NCBI GenBank assembly: GCA_964590665.1
Contig: CAZPWA010000001.1
Span: 12,483 to 76,482, forward strand
Origin: Candidatus Micrarchaeota archaeon
GTDB lineage: Archaea; Micrarchaeota; Micrarchaeia; Anstonellales; Bilamarchaeaceae
Reading direction: 5' to 3'
Length of the DNA: 64,000 nt
Shown: in pieces, positions 39,864 to 49,047 of the stretch
Layout: each line of letters opens with the position of its first letter
Position numbering within the stretch: position 1 is the first letter of the stretch
Made by a program: the position numbers and the translations under genes
The notes under the pieces: generated by a model
Seen by the model: the letters and a program-made list of their open reading frames with translations, nothing else
What the model was told of the DNA's origin: nothing
Database searches by the model: none

Positions 39864-41297
39864 TTATCTTGAATATCCATCATCATCCGGCAGATCTTGC
39901 GGTCTATCTAATTTTGGTAATTCTTCAAATTCAATTGCCCCCAACGGTCCCTCTATGCAACTATCATCTGCAATAACCTTTGCCCTCACTTTATGCGCTT
40001 TGAATTCGCTCAATTCCTGTACCCTAAATGGTCTTTTTGTTGTGAGCCAGTCGATGTGGAAAAATGGAATTTGGCTGTCTCTGAGCAACCCCTGAAAATG
40101 CTCTGTTGGCGTTCTATGTTGGTGATTGGGATTTACTTCCACAATCGCAACTGCATTGCTAAATGCTGCATATGAGAGCCATTTTCCAGGTCCTGCCATT
40201 GCAGAATGTATGTCATGAACTACTAGTATGTAGTCTCTATTTTCTCTATTTAGCCGAATCATTCTCTCTCTCATCTCTTTTCCTGATAAATCATACTGAA
40301 GAGTTGAAATCACTGAATTTGCTCTCCTTATGTTTCTTCCTGCAACTTCAGTTGTCCATAAGCAGTTTTCATTTTCTCTATCTGGAAAAACAATTTGTCT
40401 TGTATCTCTTTCATACGGTGCAACCTGCAGTAAATAGGCACGCACTTCATTTACTCCCCGTGCAAGTGCAAATTCAAAATAAAACGGTCCAATATCTTTC
40501 TCTATTTCTTTTACCTCTGAAAGAAACCTTGGAAGTGCTTCATTTACTGCTCTTTGATATGCACCAGATTGGACCAATTTTGAAACAAATGGTTCTGATG
40601 GATCCGTTATTCTTTTTCCATTTACTAATCTTTCAGGGTGCTGCAGATCTCTCGTAGTTAATTTTCGTATCAAATCTTCCGGCATTCTTTCATCAAACCT
40701 AAATCGGCTTATTGGAGTTGATTTTCCTGTTGCTCTAGTTCCCATTCCTGAAACAACCGCAAGTCTTCCGTTTTCCCCAGACCAACTAGTAAAACCACAT
40801 CCTGAAATAAGCGGGGCGTCAAATTCAGCATCTATAACTGGAGGCATTATCAAAACTGAAACTTCTGCACTTAAGCCTCTTTTTTCTCTAAATTCACGCG
40901 CATCTTCTCCTGCTGCTCTATTTACTATTGTTTCAATTGCATCTATTCCTTCTGTAAGTGGAGCATATACGCTTGTATATACGCCATTTCCTGCTAAATC
41001 TCCTTGAAAACTAGATCTAAAGACCTGATTTCTATTTCCTTCTATTCCTTCAAGCACTTTTTCTATTTGCTTTCTTTGATCTCCTGCAATTATTATTTTT
41101 TCATTCCCTGTATTTTCTAATAGTTTTGAAAAAAATGGTCTTGATGAAAGTACGTGCGCATCAGGAACCTTTATTCCTTTATCTAAAAAACATACTCCGT
41201 ATTTTATGAGCGCATCTGCCTTTGCTCCTATTACTCCATAACCGTGAACTTTGAATGAAAATTCTCCCAATCTTCCAATTACTCTGTTGTGGCGCAT
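39864..41297 (-). CDS. PEP-synthase/PPDK-like ATP-grasp protein with putative phosphohistidine domain
   Basis: FRSS..GD..GNGVYTS, SGCGFT, GMGT, FEFA, YLLQVAP; C-terminal TEHFQGLLRDSQIP. Confidence 0.7.
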   Translation of the reverse strand: MRHNRVIGRLGEFSFKVHGYGVIGAKADALIKYGVCFLDKGIKVPDAHVLSSRPFFSKLLENTGNEKIIIAGDQRKQIEKVLEGIEGNRNQVFRSSFQGDLAGNGVYTSVYAPLTEGIDAIETIVNRAAGEDAREFREKRGLSAEVSVLIMPPVIDAEFDAPLISGCGFTSWSGENGRLAVVSGMGTRATGKSTPISRFRFDERMPEDLIRKLTTRDLQHPERLVNGKRITDPSEPFVSKLVQSGAYQRAVNEALPRFLSEVKEIEKDIGPFYFEFALARGVNEVRAYLLQVAPYERDTRQIVFPDRENENCLWTTEVAGRNIRRANSVISTLQYDLSGKEMRERMIRLNRENRDYILVVHDIHSAMAGPGKWLSYAAFSNAVAIVEVNPNHQHRTPTEHFQGLLRDSQIPFFHIDWLTTKRPFRVQELSEFKAHKVRAKVIADDSCIEGPLGAIEFEELPKLDRPQDLPDDDGYSR

Positions 41298-41379
41298 TTA
41301 ACTACCTGCTATAACATTTACTATCTAAGGAATTATAAAAATGAGTAAAATTAGAAATATTATAAAAATTAAAAAAAAT

Positions 41380-43479
41380 TTAGTTTGATTTTACAAGCAT
41401 CTGCATCTTTTCTTCTTCAACTCCCTTTGTTTTGGCTGAAGTTCCAACGTGCAATACTTGTTCGTGTCTTGAACTATCTCGGTATATTGTAATTCCTTTA
41501 CAACCAAGTTTCCAAGCTAAAAGATAGACGTTTTTAACATCATCAACTGTTGAATTTGCTGGCATGTTTATTGTTTTACTTACTGCAAGTTCAACGTTTT
41601 CCTGGAATGCTGCCTGCATTTTAACGTGCGATTGGGCCGAAACATCATATGCGACCCTAAACACTTCTTTCATGTCCTGTGGCAAGCTATCTATACTTTG
41701 TATCGATCCTTCTTCCATTACTTGTCTTAATAGGTCGTCGCTGTAAAGTCCGCGAACTTTTAAGACTTGCTCGAAAATTGGATCAAGGTAGTAATACTGA
41801 CCTGCCCGAACTGTTTTCAAAAATGAAAGTGCAAACACTGGTTCGATTCCACTTGATGTGTCTGCAATCATGGAAATTGTTCCTGTTGGTGCAATCGATG
41901 TGCAAGTTGCATTGCGCATTGAATCATATTTCTTATTCAATGGACTATCCTTAAAGCCCAAAAATGAGCCTCTTACTCTTCCAAGTTCCTGGCTCATCTT
42001 TCTTGATTCGTCATTTATGAACTTCATTACTTCTTTTCCAACTTCAAAGCCCATTTCTGAATCGTATTTTACTCCGATCATGTAAAGCATTCTTCCAAAG
42101 CCCATGACTCCCAAACCTATTCTTCTGTTTTTGAGTGTCTGCTCTTTGATTTGAGGGATTGGATAAACATTCAAGTCAATTACATTGTCAAGAAGTCTAA
42201 ATGCCAATCTAATTACATATCTTAATCGATCCCACTTGACCTTTTTCTTCCAATCTCCTTTGCTCCAATCTAAATCAACAAATTTTACTAAATTGATGCT
42301 TCCCAAGTTGCATGATTCAAAATCAGGCATTGGAACTTCTCCGCATGGGTTTGTTGCATGAATTGGATCTATTGGAGTTGGGTTTGTTCGATTTATCTGG
42401 TCTATGAATAATAATCCTGGTTCAGCTGATTTCCATGCAGAATATGCAATCATGTCAAAGAGGCCTCTTGCACTTATCTTTCTGAGCGCTTCTCCTGATC
42501 TTGGATTCAATAACTCATAATCTTCGTTGTTTTCAACTGCTCTCATGAATTTATCATCCGCCATAACTGAGACGTTGAAATTTTCCATGACTCCAGGTGT
42601 TTGCTTCATGGTGATGAAATCCTGAACATCTGGGTGCCAAACGTGCAAAGTTGCCATGTTTGCTCCCCTTCTTTTTCCTCCTTGCTTAACCACGTTTGTT
42701 GCATTATCAAATGCACTCATAAATGAAATTGGTCCTGAAGCTACTCCGGTTGTGGATCTAACAAAATCTCCCTTTGGTCTTAAATATGAGAAACAAAATC
42801 CTGTTCCTCCTCCTGTTTTGTGAACCATCGCCTGCCATTTAACACATTCAAAAATTGCTTCTATATTGTCTTTTACTGGCAAAATGAAGCATGCTGCAAG
42901 CTGTCCTGATGCGGTTCCTGCATTCATAAGTGTTGGTGAATTTGGCAAAAATTCAAAATTGGTCATGACTTCGTAGAATGCTTCTTCATACATTCTAATT
43001 GCCTTGTCATCTGCGCCATATTTCTTTTCATTTGACGCCAAGTGTTTTGCAACTCTTCTAAATAACATGCTTGGGCTTTCTGCAGTTTTTCCGCTTTCAT
43101 CCCTTAATAAGTATCTTTTTTCCAAAACCTGAAGTGCATTTATCGGTAGTTTCAAATCGTCGTTTACTCCGATCATTTTCTTCATGTCTCTTTCAAGGTT
43201 TTTGTTGTGCCGATAAAGTATGTATGCTTTTGCTGTTGATGCATGTCCTAGTTCAATCAATGCCTTTTCGACAATGTCCTGAACTTCTTCAACTGTTGGA
43301 ACGTCCTTTTCTGTATATTTTGCACTTAGCATTTCGATTGCTTTTTCAGCTACCTTTTCTGATTCGCTTCTATCTGTTCCGCCAACAGACTGAGCCGCCT
43401 TAAAAATGGCCTCTACCATCTTTGCTCTATCAAAATCCACTGTTGATCCGTCTCTTTTTCTAATACTTTTAATTGTCAT
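41380..43479 (-). CDS. nrdJ: Adenosylcobalamin-dependent ribonucleotide reductase (class II) with N-terminal ATP cone
   Basis: KRDG ATP cone, PNSPTLMNAG, ACF, QGGKRRGANM, TNPCGE, CNLGSINL, IAPTGTIS. Confidence 0.93.
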   Translation of the reverse strand: MTIKSIRKRDGSTVDFDRAKMVEAIFKAAQSVGGTDRSESEKVAEKAIEMLSAKYTEKDVPTVEEVQDIVEKALIELGHASTAKAYILYRHNKNLERDMKKMIGVNDDLKLPINALQVLEKRYLLRDESGKTAESPSMLFRRVAKHLASNEKKYGADDKAIRMYEEAFYEVMTNFEFLPNSPTLMNAGTASGQLAACFILPVKDNIEAIFECVKWQAMVHKTGGGTGFCFSYLRPKGDFVRSTTGVASGPISFMSAFDNATNVVKQGGKRRGANMATLHVWHPDVQDFITMKQTPGVMENFNVSVMADDKFMRAVENNEDYELLNPRSGEALRKISARGLFDMIAYSAWKSAEPGLLFIDQINRTNPTPIDPIHATNPCGEVPMPDFESCNLGSINLVKFVDLDWSKGDWKKKVKWDRLRYVIRLAFRLLDNVIDLNVYPIPQIKEQTLKNRRIGLGVMGFGRMLYMIGVKYDSEMGFEVGKEVMKFINDESRKMSQELGRVRGSFLGFKDSPLNKKYDSMRNATCTSIAPTGTISMIADTSSGIEPVFALSFLKTVRAGQYYYLDPIFEQVLKVRGLYSDDLLRQVMEEGSIQSIDSLPQDMKEVFRVAYDVSAQSHVKMQAAFQENVELAVSKTINMPANSTVDDVKNVYLLAWKLGCKGITIYRDSSRHEQVLHVGTSAKTKGVEEEKMQMLVKSN

Positions 43480-43625
43480 AAACCCACCTAGTCAAAGCAT
43501 GAAATCATGAATAATTTCCTTTATAAATATCACGAATTCTTCCGAAAAATATTCTCTCTTTATTGACCAAAAAAAACGACAAATGTTATTTTTACTCTCG
43601 AAAAAATCTGTCTTTTGAAAAAAAA

Positions 43626-44168
43626 TTATTTTTTAATTATTTGTGCTGCAATCGATCCGACTGCGCCTATTGCAAATGCCACTGTTGCTCCAATTAGCGC
43701 AAGGCCAAATCCGCAAAGTGCTGAAAATACGATTCCGCTTATTCCAGGAATGTTTCCCAAGTACGTGGATGCGAGAACTGATTCTGGAGGCCTAAATAAC
43801 CCAATTGTTATTACTTTGCTTACAATCAGTGATCCCATTACTGCATTTATTATTGTTAAAATTATGCTTGATACTAAAAATGCAAATGCGCTTGCAGCTC
43901 CGCTTTCAGTTGGATCTAAATTATATTTTTTTGAGCCCGTTGCACCAATTCTAAAGTACAATATTATGTAAATGGGGATTAACAAGTAACTGTATACTGT
44001 ATTTATTGTTTTTACATAGCTTATCAATGAAGGTCCTGAAACTACTGATAATATTTGTATTATCAAACCTAAAATTCCAAGAATGATTATTACTGCCAAT
44101 GTCTTTAGCGATGCTTGAACTACATTTCGCATTTTCATTTTTTCACCAAATTCGCTTTTACTAAGCAC
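43626..44168 (-). CDS. Hypothetical 4-TM membrane protein
   Basis: Four hydrophobic segments; fills the intergenic space. Confidence 0.7.
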   Translation of the reverse strand: MLSKSEFGEKMKMRNVVQASLKTLAVIIILGILGLIIQILSVVSGPSLISYVKTINTVYSYLLIPIYIILYFRIGATGSKKYNLDPTESGAASAFAFLVSSIILTIINAVMGSLIVSKVITIGLFRPPESVLASTYLGNIPGISGIVFSALCGFGLALIGATVAFAIGAVGSIAAQIIKK

Positions 44169-44194
44169 CTAAAATTTATAAAGACATTTGACTT

Positions 44195-45904
44195 TTAGCA
44201 GCAAAAGATGAACTCTAGTTTTTCCTTGTTGTCCAATTTACAGAATCCAAATCGTTCGAATTGTATTACTTGCCCTTTTTGAACTTCTAAAACACTTCTT
44301 TCACATCTGCCTTCAGTTATTTCGAGACTCTTTTGATCAAATTCTCCATTTTCATCTAGAAGGTCCTTTGGAATCATTACTGTGCATTTTTCTGAATCTT
44401 CACTTACCCACTGAACTTTCTTCTCAACCTGCTTATCTTCTTTGGCTTTTGCAACAATTCTTGTTTTTTCTATTTTTACTATTTCTATGTTGCATAAATC
44501 CTTGAGTCTAATTATTTCTCCTTCCTTGAGATTTTTTGCATCTGAATGCGCTAAGAAAATTTTCTTTCCAATTTTAATCTTTCTGCTTCCGCTCTCATCT
44601 TTTTTGGGATTTCTTTTTATTTCAATGTGGCTTTCTTTCATATCTTCAACAAAAACTTCTACTGGTTTTTCAACAAAAAAGTAATGGTCTGAAACCGGAT
44701 CCAGCATTTTTTTATTTATTATTAAAAGCGCCTCCCAGCTTGGTTCTGATTCTACTTTCGATAAACCGAAGCTTAGTACAAATTCCTTGATTGCTTGTGG
44801 AAGAATGCCTCTTCTCTCTAACCCTTTTAATGTTGGAAGCCTCGGATCATCCCAACCAAGAACTTTTCCTTCCTTAACTAAAGGCAAAAGCAATCTTTTA
44901 CTAATTGGGGCATTTTTGATATTTAGTCTTGAAAATCCAATTTGGATTGGTTTTTTAAATTTCAAATCTTCAAAAAGCGCTCTGTAAAGTTCGTCTCTAA
45001 GTTCGTATTCTTTAGATCGCATTGAATGTGTTATTCCTTCCAAGTGATCCATCACAACAACTGCCAAATCATATCCTGGCCAAACTCTGTATTTGGTCAA
45101 TTGTCTGTAATGTTTTGCTTCAAGTATTCTTGCAATTGTAGGGTCTCGCATTACTGTATTGAGCGATTCCATATCTCCTTTATATCTAAGAATCGCTTCT
45201 CCTTCGCTAATTTCCGAATTAATCATCTTTTTCCAGTTTTCTCTATTTTCTTCTATTTTATTTGATCTGCATTTGCATCCAACGCCTTCAGTTCTGCCTT
45301 TACTAATTTCTTCCTGCTTGCAAAAACAAACATAGGCCTTGTCATTCTGAATTAATTTTTCTGCAGCTTCATATATTTTTGGCATATTATCCGATGTGTA
45401 TGTTTCCTTTCCATCCCAGGAAATTCCAAGCCAAATTAATCCTTCTTTAATTGCTTCAACATATTGGTATGATTCTTTTTCAGGATTCGTATCATCAAAT
45501 CGCAAAATCATTTTTCCGCCATGGTTTTTTGCCCCCTCATAATCTATCCATGCTGCTTTTGCATGTCCAATATGTGGGTATCCTGATGGTTCTGGGGGAA
45601 ATCTTGTCACTACGTTTCCTTCAACTGCGTCCGTAAGTGTAATTGATTTTTTTACTTCCTCTTTTTTCTCGGCATATGTGAAATTTTTCATTTCATTTTC
45701 TATTTCTTCTTTGGATAATTTTGAAACTCTTGAAATTTCACTATTAATTAGTGTCATTGTGTTTTTCATGTCTTTTTTGGAATCCATGTGTTCGCCAATA
45801 ACTTTTCCGACAACTGATCCGGCGCTTGCCTTTCCAAAATCAAATGCATTTTTGAGAACATGTTTTCTAATAATTAATTCTAAATCCGATGATTTGTGAG
45901 ACAT
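44195..45904 (-). CDS. gltX: Glutamate-tRNA ligase (archaeal type)
   Basis: TRFPPEPSGYPHIGH, RFDDTNP, GWDDPRLPTL, QFERFGF. Confidence 0.96.
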   Translation of the reverse strand: MSHKSSDLELIIRKHVLKNAFDFGKASAGSVVGKVIGEHMDSKKDMKNTMTLINSEISRVSKLSKEEIENEMKNFTYAEKKEEVKKSITLTDAVEGNVVTRFPPEPSGYPHIGHAKAAWIDYEGAKNHGGKMILRFDDTNPEKESYQYVEAIKEGLIWLGISWDGKETYTSDNMPKIYEAAEKLIQNDKAYVCFCKQEEISKGRTEGVGCKCRSNKIEENRENWKKMINSEISEGEAILRYKGDMESLNTVMRDPTIARILEAKHYRQLTKYRVWPGYDLAVVVMDHLEGITHSMRSKEYELRDELYRALFEDLKFKKPIQIGFSRLNIKNAPISKRLLLPLVKEGKVLGWDDPRLPTLKGLERRGILPQAIKEFVLSFGLSKVESEPSWEALLIINKKMLDPVSDHYFFVEKPVEVFVEDMKESHIEIKRNPKKDESGSRKIKIGKKIFLAHSDAKNLKEGEIIRLKDLCNIEIVKIEKTRIVAKAKEDKQVEKKVQWVSEDSEKCTVMIPKDLLDENGEFDQKSLEITEGRCERSVLEVQKGQVIQFERFGFCKLDNKEKLEFIFCC

Positions 45905-45980
45905 AACTAAATTCAATAAAGCATTTTGTTTTTATTCCCAACTGGGTTTGCTCAGTTTATTTTGTTTTGCTTTTGCAGTA

Positions 45981-46970
45981 TTATTCGATTGTTTTTATCA
46001 ATTCGTTTTTTAGTTGATTTGCCCTGTTTTGTGCTTCCTTTTGCTCAAACCCTTCTCTAATTAATCCCTTTTTGATTTGCTCGCTGATAAATTCCATATT
46101 TTGTACTGCTCTTTCTCGATCTAAAATTCTTGATTCTTCACTCAGTTGCCTCTGTGCTAACTTTGCTGCGTTTTGAATTTTTTTATCGTCTATTTTTGCA
46201 TCTTTTTCCACTAGTTCTCTATAAATTGCTTCAGCTACTGCCTCGAAAGTTCTCATTACTCTGCACATCTGATCAGAAAAAAGCTCGTATTTCCAAATTC
46301 CTGATTCCACTTCACCATACTTGAGATTTATTCCAATGAGTCTTTCTTCTTCACTGCCTAATCCAATTGCAACCGGACAAACTCCAACTTCCCCGTATTT
46401 TTCTCTTGCTAAAAAAGATTCTCCCATGTAAAATCTCATTCCAAGTCTTTCTGATATCTCTCTGTTTTTAAGTAATTCAACCATCAGAGCAGTCATTTCA
46501 TAATACCCTAAAACTGCAATCTGAGCGATTCCCATATGCATCATCATTATTTCTCTTTCCGGATCTTCTAAAATGTCTTGGATGTCTTCTGCTCTTTTGG
46601 GATTTTTGACTTTTGATGGATCTAGTAAAAACGAATACCCCGGAACCACAAATGTTCTTGGAAATCTTTCTTCTGCTTGTGCCCATTCTCCATCTGGCAC
46701 ATAAGGTCTAAAAATTGAAAAAATTCGCTCTAATATTTCTCTTTCTGTTGAAACCCCCTTTAAAATTTGCTCGACTGCTCTGGTTAGTTCTCCTTTTTGA
46801 TCTGTTTTGTTCTTCCAAGAAAGTTCCCTTCTAGCATCTTCAATTTGCCTTTTCATAATTTGGGCATATTCTGACCCTGTGCTTTCTATCACTTTGAATT
46901 CATGAAATTGAGGTTCTTGTGATGGTCTTGAAATTGGAATTCCAAATGAAATGGGCACTCGATGCTTCAT
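45981..46970 (-). CDS. Hypothetical protein (orphan)
   Basis: 329-aa ORF with protein-like composition and upstream TTTAAAAA-type box; no motif recognised. Confidence 0.65.
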   Translation of the reverse strand: MKHRVPISFGIPISRPSQEPQFHEFKVIESTGSEYAQIMKRQIEDARRELSWKNKTDQKGELTRAVEQILKGVSTEREILERIFSIFRPYVPDGEWAQAEERFPRTFVVPGYSFLLDPSKVKNPKRAEDIQDILEDPEREIMMMHMGIAQIAVLGYYEMTALMVELLKNREISERLGMRFYMGESFLAREKYGEVGVCPVAIGLGSEEERLIGINLKYGEVESGIWKYELFSDQMCRVMRTFEAVAEAIYRELVEKDAKIDDKKIQNAAKLAQRQLSEESRILDRERAVQNMEFISEQIKKGLIREGFEQKEAQNRANQLKNELIKTIE

Positions 46971-47180
46971 GATCTGATTTGAATCTGTTTGTTTTTTAAA
47001 TGTGTTAGAAAGTTATTTTTTCTGATTATTTGCTTATTCTGGGCAATCTGCTATTTCTGTTGGTTTTTGTTTTTATCCAAAGCTTTATTTTTCTCTGATA
47101 CAAACATTTATATATATTTTTATGAGCAATAATTCTTGTAAGTAAAAAATCCAAATGATTGAAAAGGGGTGCAATGGGAA

Positions 47181-47294
47181 ATGGAAAGCAAATTCAAAAT
47201 GTCTGAATCTTCTTCCATGTCTACTTTTACCTGTTGCACTAATATGAAGTCTAATATTATTAGCAAGTTTAATTATTTGTTGATTAGGCTCTAA
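47181..47294 (+). CDS. Possible 37-aa small ORF (MESKFKMSESSSMSTFTCCTNMKSNIISKFNYLLIRL)
   Basis: GGGGTG SD-like sequence at 47166-47171; TATA-like run at about 47107-47120. Confidence 0.25.
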   Translation: MESKFKMSESSSMSTFTCCTNMKSNIISKFNYLLIRL

Positions 47295-47316
47295 CATTTG
47301 GATGGGATTTAAGGCC

Positions 47317-47337
47317 TTTTTGGGTGACACCGAAAAA
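47317..47337. promoter_or_regulatory. 21-bp near-perfect palindrome, candidate operator
   Basis: TTTTT-G-GGTG-A-CACC-G-AAAAA, about 90 nt upstream of an HTH gene. Confidence 0.4.
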
Positions 47338-47426
47338 CCCTGTCTTTGGAAAAAAGCTTTCGTTTTGAAAGCGCTTTTCTTCTGTTTTTTGGAAAAATTT
47401 CAAAAAAAAGATTGAGGTGTTTATTA

Positions 47427-47669
47427 ATGGTGTCATCAGAAAGTTCAAGATTTGTCGCAAGTTCTGGTCCAACTGGTCCATCAATTGCATTTGAAGTTGC
47501 TCCCGGCGGGGTCGCTGCCAATTCTTCATTACTAAATTCGGTTTTGAAGATGTATTTTGTCGATAGGCTCTCAGTCCGAAAGATCGCCAAAGCTCTTGGT
47601 GTTTCCCACATGACTGTCTTTCGCATGCTAAGCGATCCAAAAGTTTTCGCCCGGGTTGGAATAAGATGA
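47427..47669 (+). CDS. Small helix-turn-helix DNA-binding protein (80 aa)
   Basis: LSVRKIAKALGVSHMTVFRML HTH; SD GAGGTG at 47414-47419. Confidence 0.8.
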   Translation: MVSSESSRFVASSGPTGPSIAFEVAPGGVAANSSLLNSVLKMYFVDRLSVRKIAKALGVSHMTVFRMLSDPKVFARVGIR

Positions 47670-47756
47670 TAGGCAGAATACTTGTCTACTCCGGATACTT
47701 TTTGGTCGTTTTGACTTTATTTCTTTAATTTTTCTCTCCTTTTTCTATTGCTCTTA

Positions 47757-47935
47757 TTTATAAATCTTTTTATTCAATATATGACAAGTTAAATGTTAGC
47801 TTTTAGACACCCTGGCGAGAAATTGCTACGGATCTGATTGCTGTTCTCGTCGTTTTTCACACTCAAACTGAAAAACGTCATACATTGTTTCGCGCTTTGT
47901 ATTTTAGAGAACTTGAATTGAATTGGTGATATTAC
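47757..47935 (+). promoter_or_regulatory. Promoter (TTTATAAA) and ~150-nt structured 5' leader of the ribosomal protein operon
   Basis: TATA 47757-47764; stems GGCGAGAA/TTCTCGTC and CGTTTTTCA/TGAAAAACG; SD GGTGA before ATG 47936. Confidence 0.5.
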
Positions 47936-48226
47936 ATGGAAAACCAAAAGACTAAACCCAAAATTGCAACTAGGGGCGAAAGACTTCAAGGTATCGTCGT
48001 TAGTGCTAAGGCAAAATTGACTGCAGTTGTCGAAAGACCTACTGTTAAATTCTTCCCAAAATTCCAAAAATGGGCAGCAGGAAGATCTAAAATTACTGTT
48101 CACAACCCAACTGAACTAAATGCTAAAGTTGGTGATGTTGTTGAAATTTCGGAATGCCGAAAAATCAGTAAAACTAAGGCATGGATAATTACTCAAATAC
48201 TCCAAAAATCAGGTGAATCTTCATGA
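47936..48226 (+). CDS. rps17: 30S ribosomal protein uS17
   Basis: RG..LQGIVVS, HNP, GDVVEISECRKISKTK. Confidence 0.96.
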   Translation: MENQKTKPKIATRGERLQGIVVSAKAKLTAVVERPTVKFFPKFQKWAAGRSKITVHNPTELNAKVGDVVEISECRKISKTKAWIITQILQKSGESS

Positions 48227-48621
48227 AGGGATTAACAAGTAAAATTACAAAAACTCTGACTACCGGAACTATGATGGCATGTTCTGATAATAGTGGTGCA
48301 AAAGTAATCTATGTTATTGGTTCAACCCGATACAAAGGTACTAGATCCAAATACCCAAAAGTTGGTATTGGCGATGTAGTTATTGCATCAGTTAAAAAAG
48401 GAAAACCAGATATGGTCAAGAAAGTTGTTAAGGCCTTAATCGTTCGACAAAAGAAAGAATTTAGAAGACCAAATGGTGTTCGTGTTTTCTTTGAAGATAA
48501 TGCAGCGGTCTTAATTAATGATGATAACTTGCCTGTAGGTACCGAAATCAAAGGTGTCGTGGCAAGAGAAGTTGCCGAGAGATATCCAAAAGTTGCAGCA
48601 ATCTCTGCAGGTGTTGTATAA
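48223..48621 (+). CDS. rpl14: 50S ribosomal protein uL14
   Basis: DNSGAK, IVRQKKEFRRPNG, FEDNAAV, KGVVAREVAER. Confidence 0.97.
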   Translation: MKGLTSKITKTLTTGTMMACSDNSGAKVIYVIGSTRYKGTRSKYPKVGIGDVVIASVKKGKPDMVKKVVKALIVRQKKEFRRPNGVRVFFEDNAAVLINDDNLPVGTEIKGVVAREVAERYPKVAAISAGVV

Positions 48622-49037
48622 TGAAATCCGATACAGAAAGAAAAAAGTTTTATACTGAAAAATTACACAAGAGAAAGAATAGGCTCCATGTTCACTTATC
48701 TAAGGACTTAAGATCAAAAATGAAAACCAAAAAGAGATCTCTTCTCCTTAGAAAGAATGATAAAGTCAAGATCATGAGAGGTCCTGAAAAAGGAAAAGAA
48801 GCAAAGGTCGTTAAAATCAACACAAAAGACCTTACTGTTCTTTTAGAAGGTGTTGTTGTAAAAACAATCCGAGGAAAAGAAGTTCCAATTCCAGTAAAAT
48901 CTTCCAATTTGCTCTTAGTTGGCTTGGATTCAACTCCCGAAAGATCAGAGCTTTTCAGTTCTGATGTCTTTAAGGCAGAAAAAACTCCAAAGGCTGAAAC
49001 TGCAAAACCAGAAGCAAAGAAAGAGGTAAAGAACTAG
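48621..49037 (+). CDS. rpl24: 50S ribosomal protein uL24
   Basis: LSKDLR, RKNDKVKIMRG..KGKE KOW motif; operon position. Confidence 0.94.
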   Translation: MKSDTERKKFYTEKLHKRKNRLHVHLSKDLRSKMKTKKRSLLLRKNDKVKIMRGPEKGKEAKVVKINTKDLTVLLEGVVVKTIRGKEVPIPVKSSNLLLVGLDSTPERSELFSSDVFKAEKTPKAETAKPEAKKEVKN

Positions 49038-49047
49038 GTGAATACTT

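Noticed and set aside
43500..43520. GAAAT-N8-ATTTC inverted repeat beside the nrdJ TATA box
   Set aside because: Only 5-bp arms in AT-rich DNA and not an NrdR box; too weak to call.
47149..47171. TCCAAATGATTGAAAAGGGGT next to an AT-rich tract, resembling an ORB/replication origin
   Set aside because: Single copy, no cdc6/orc1 nearby, and strand bias does not visibly flip; GGGGTG is equally explained as an SD sequence.
47153..47208. Possible C/D box sRNA (ATGATTGA ... CTGA, about 52 nt)
   Set aside because: Box C is imperfect, C'/D' boxes are unconvincing and I could not identify a target; needs snoscan to revisit.
47284..47640. Minus-strand ORFs overlapping the HTH gene
   Set aside because: Antisense shadows; the plus-strand ORF has a clear SD and HTH motif.
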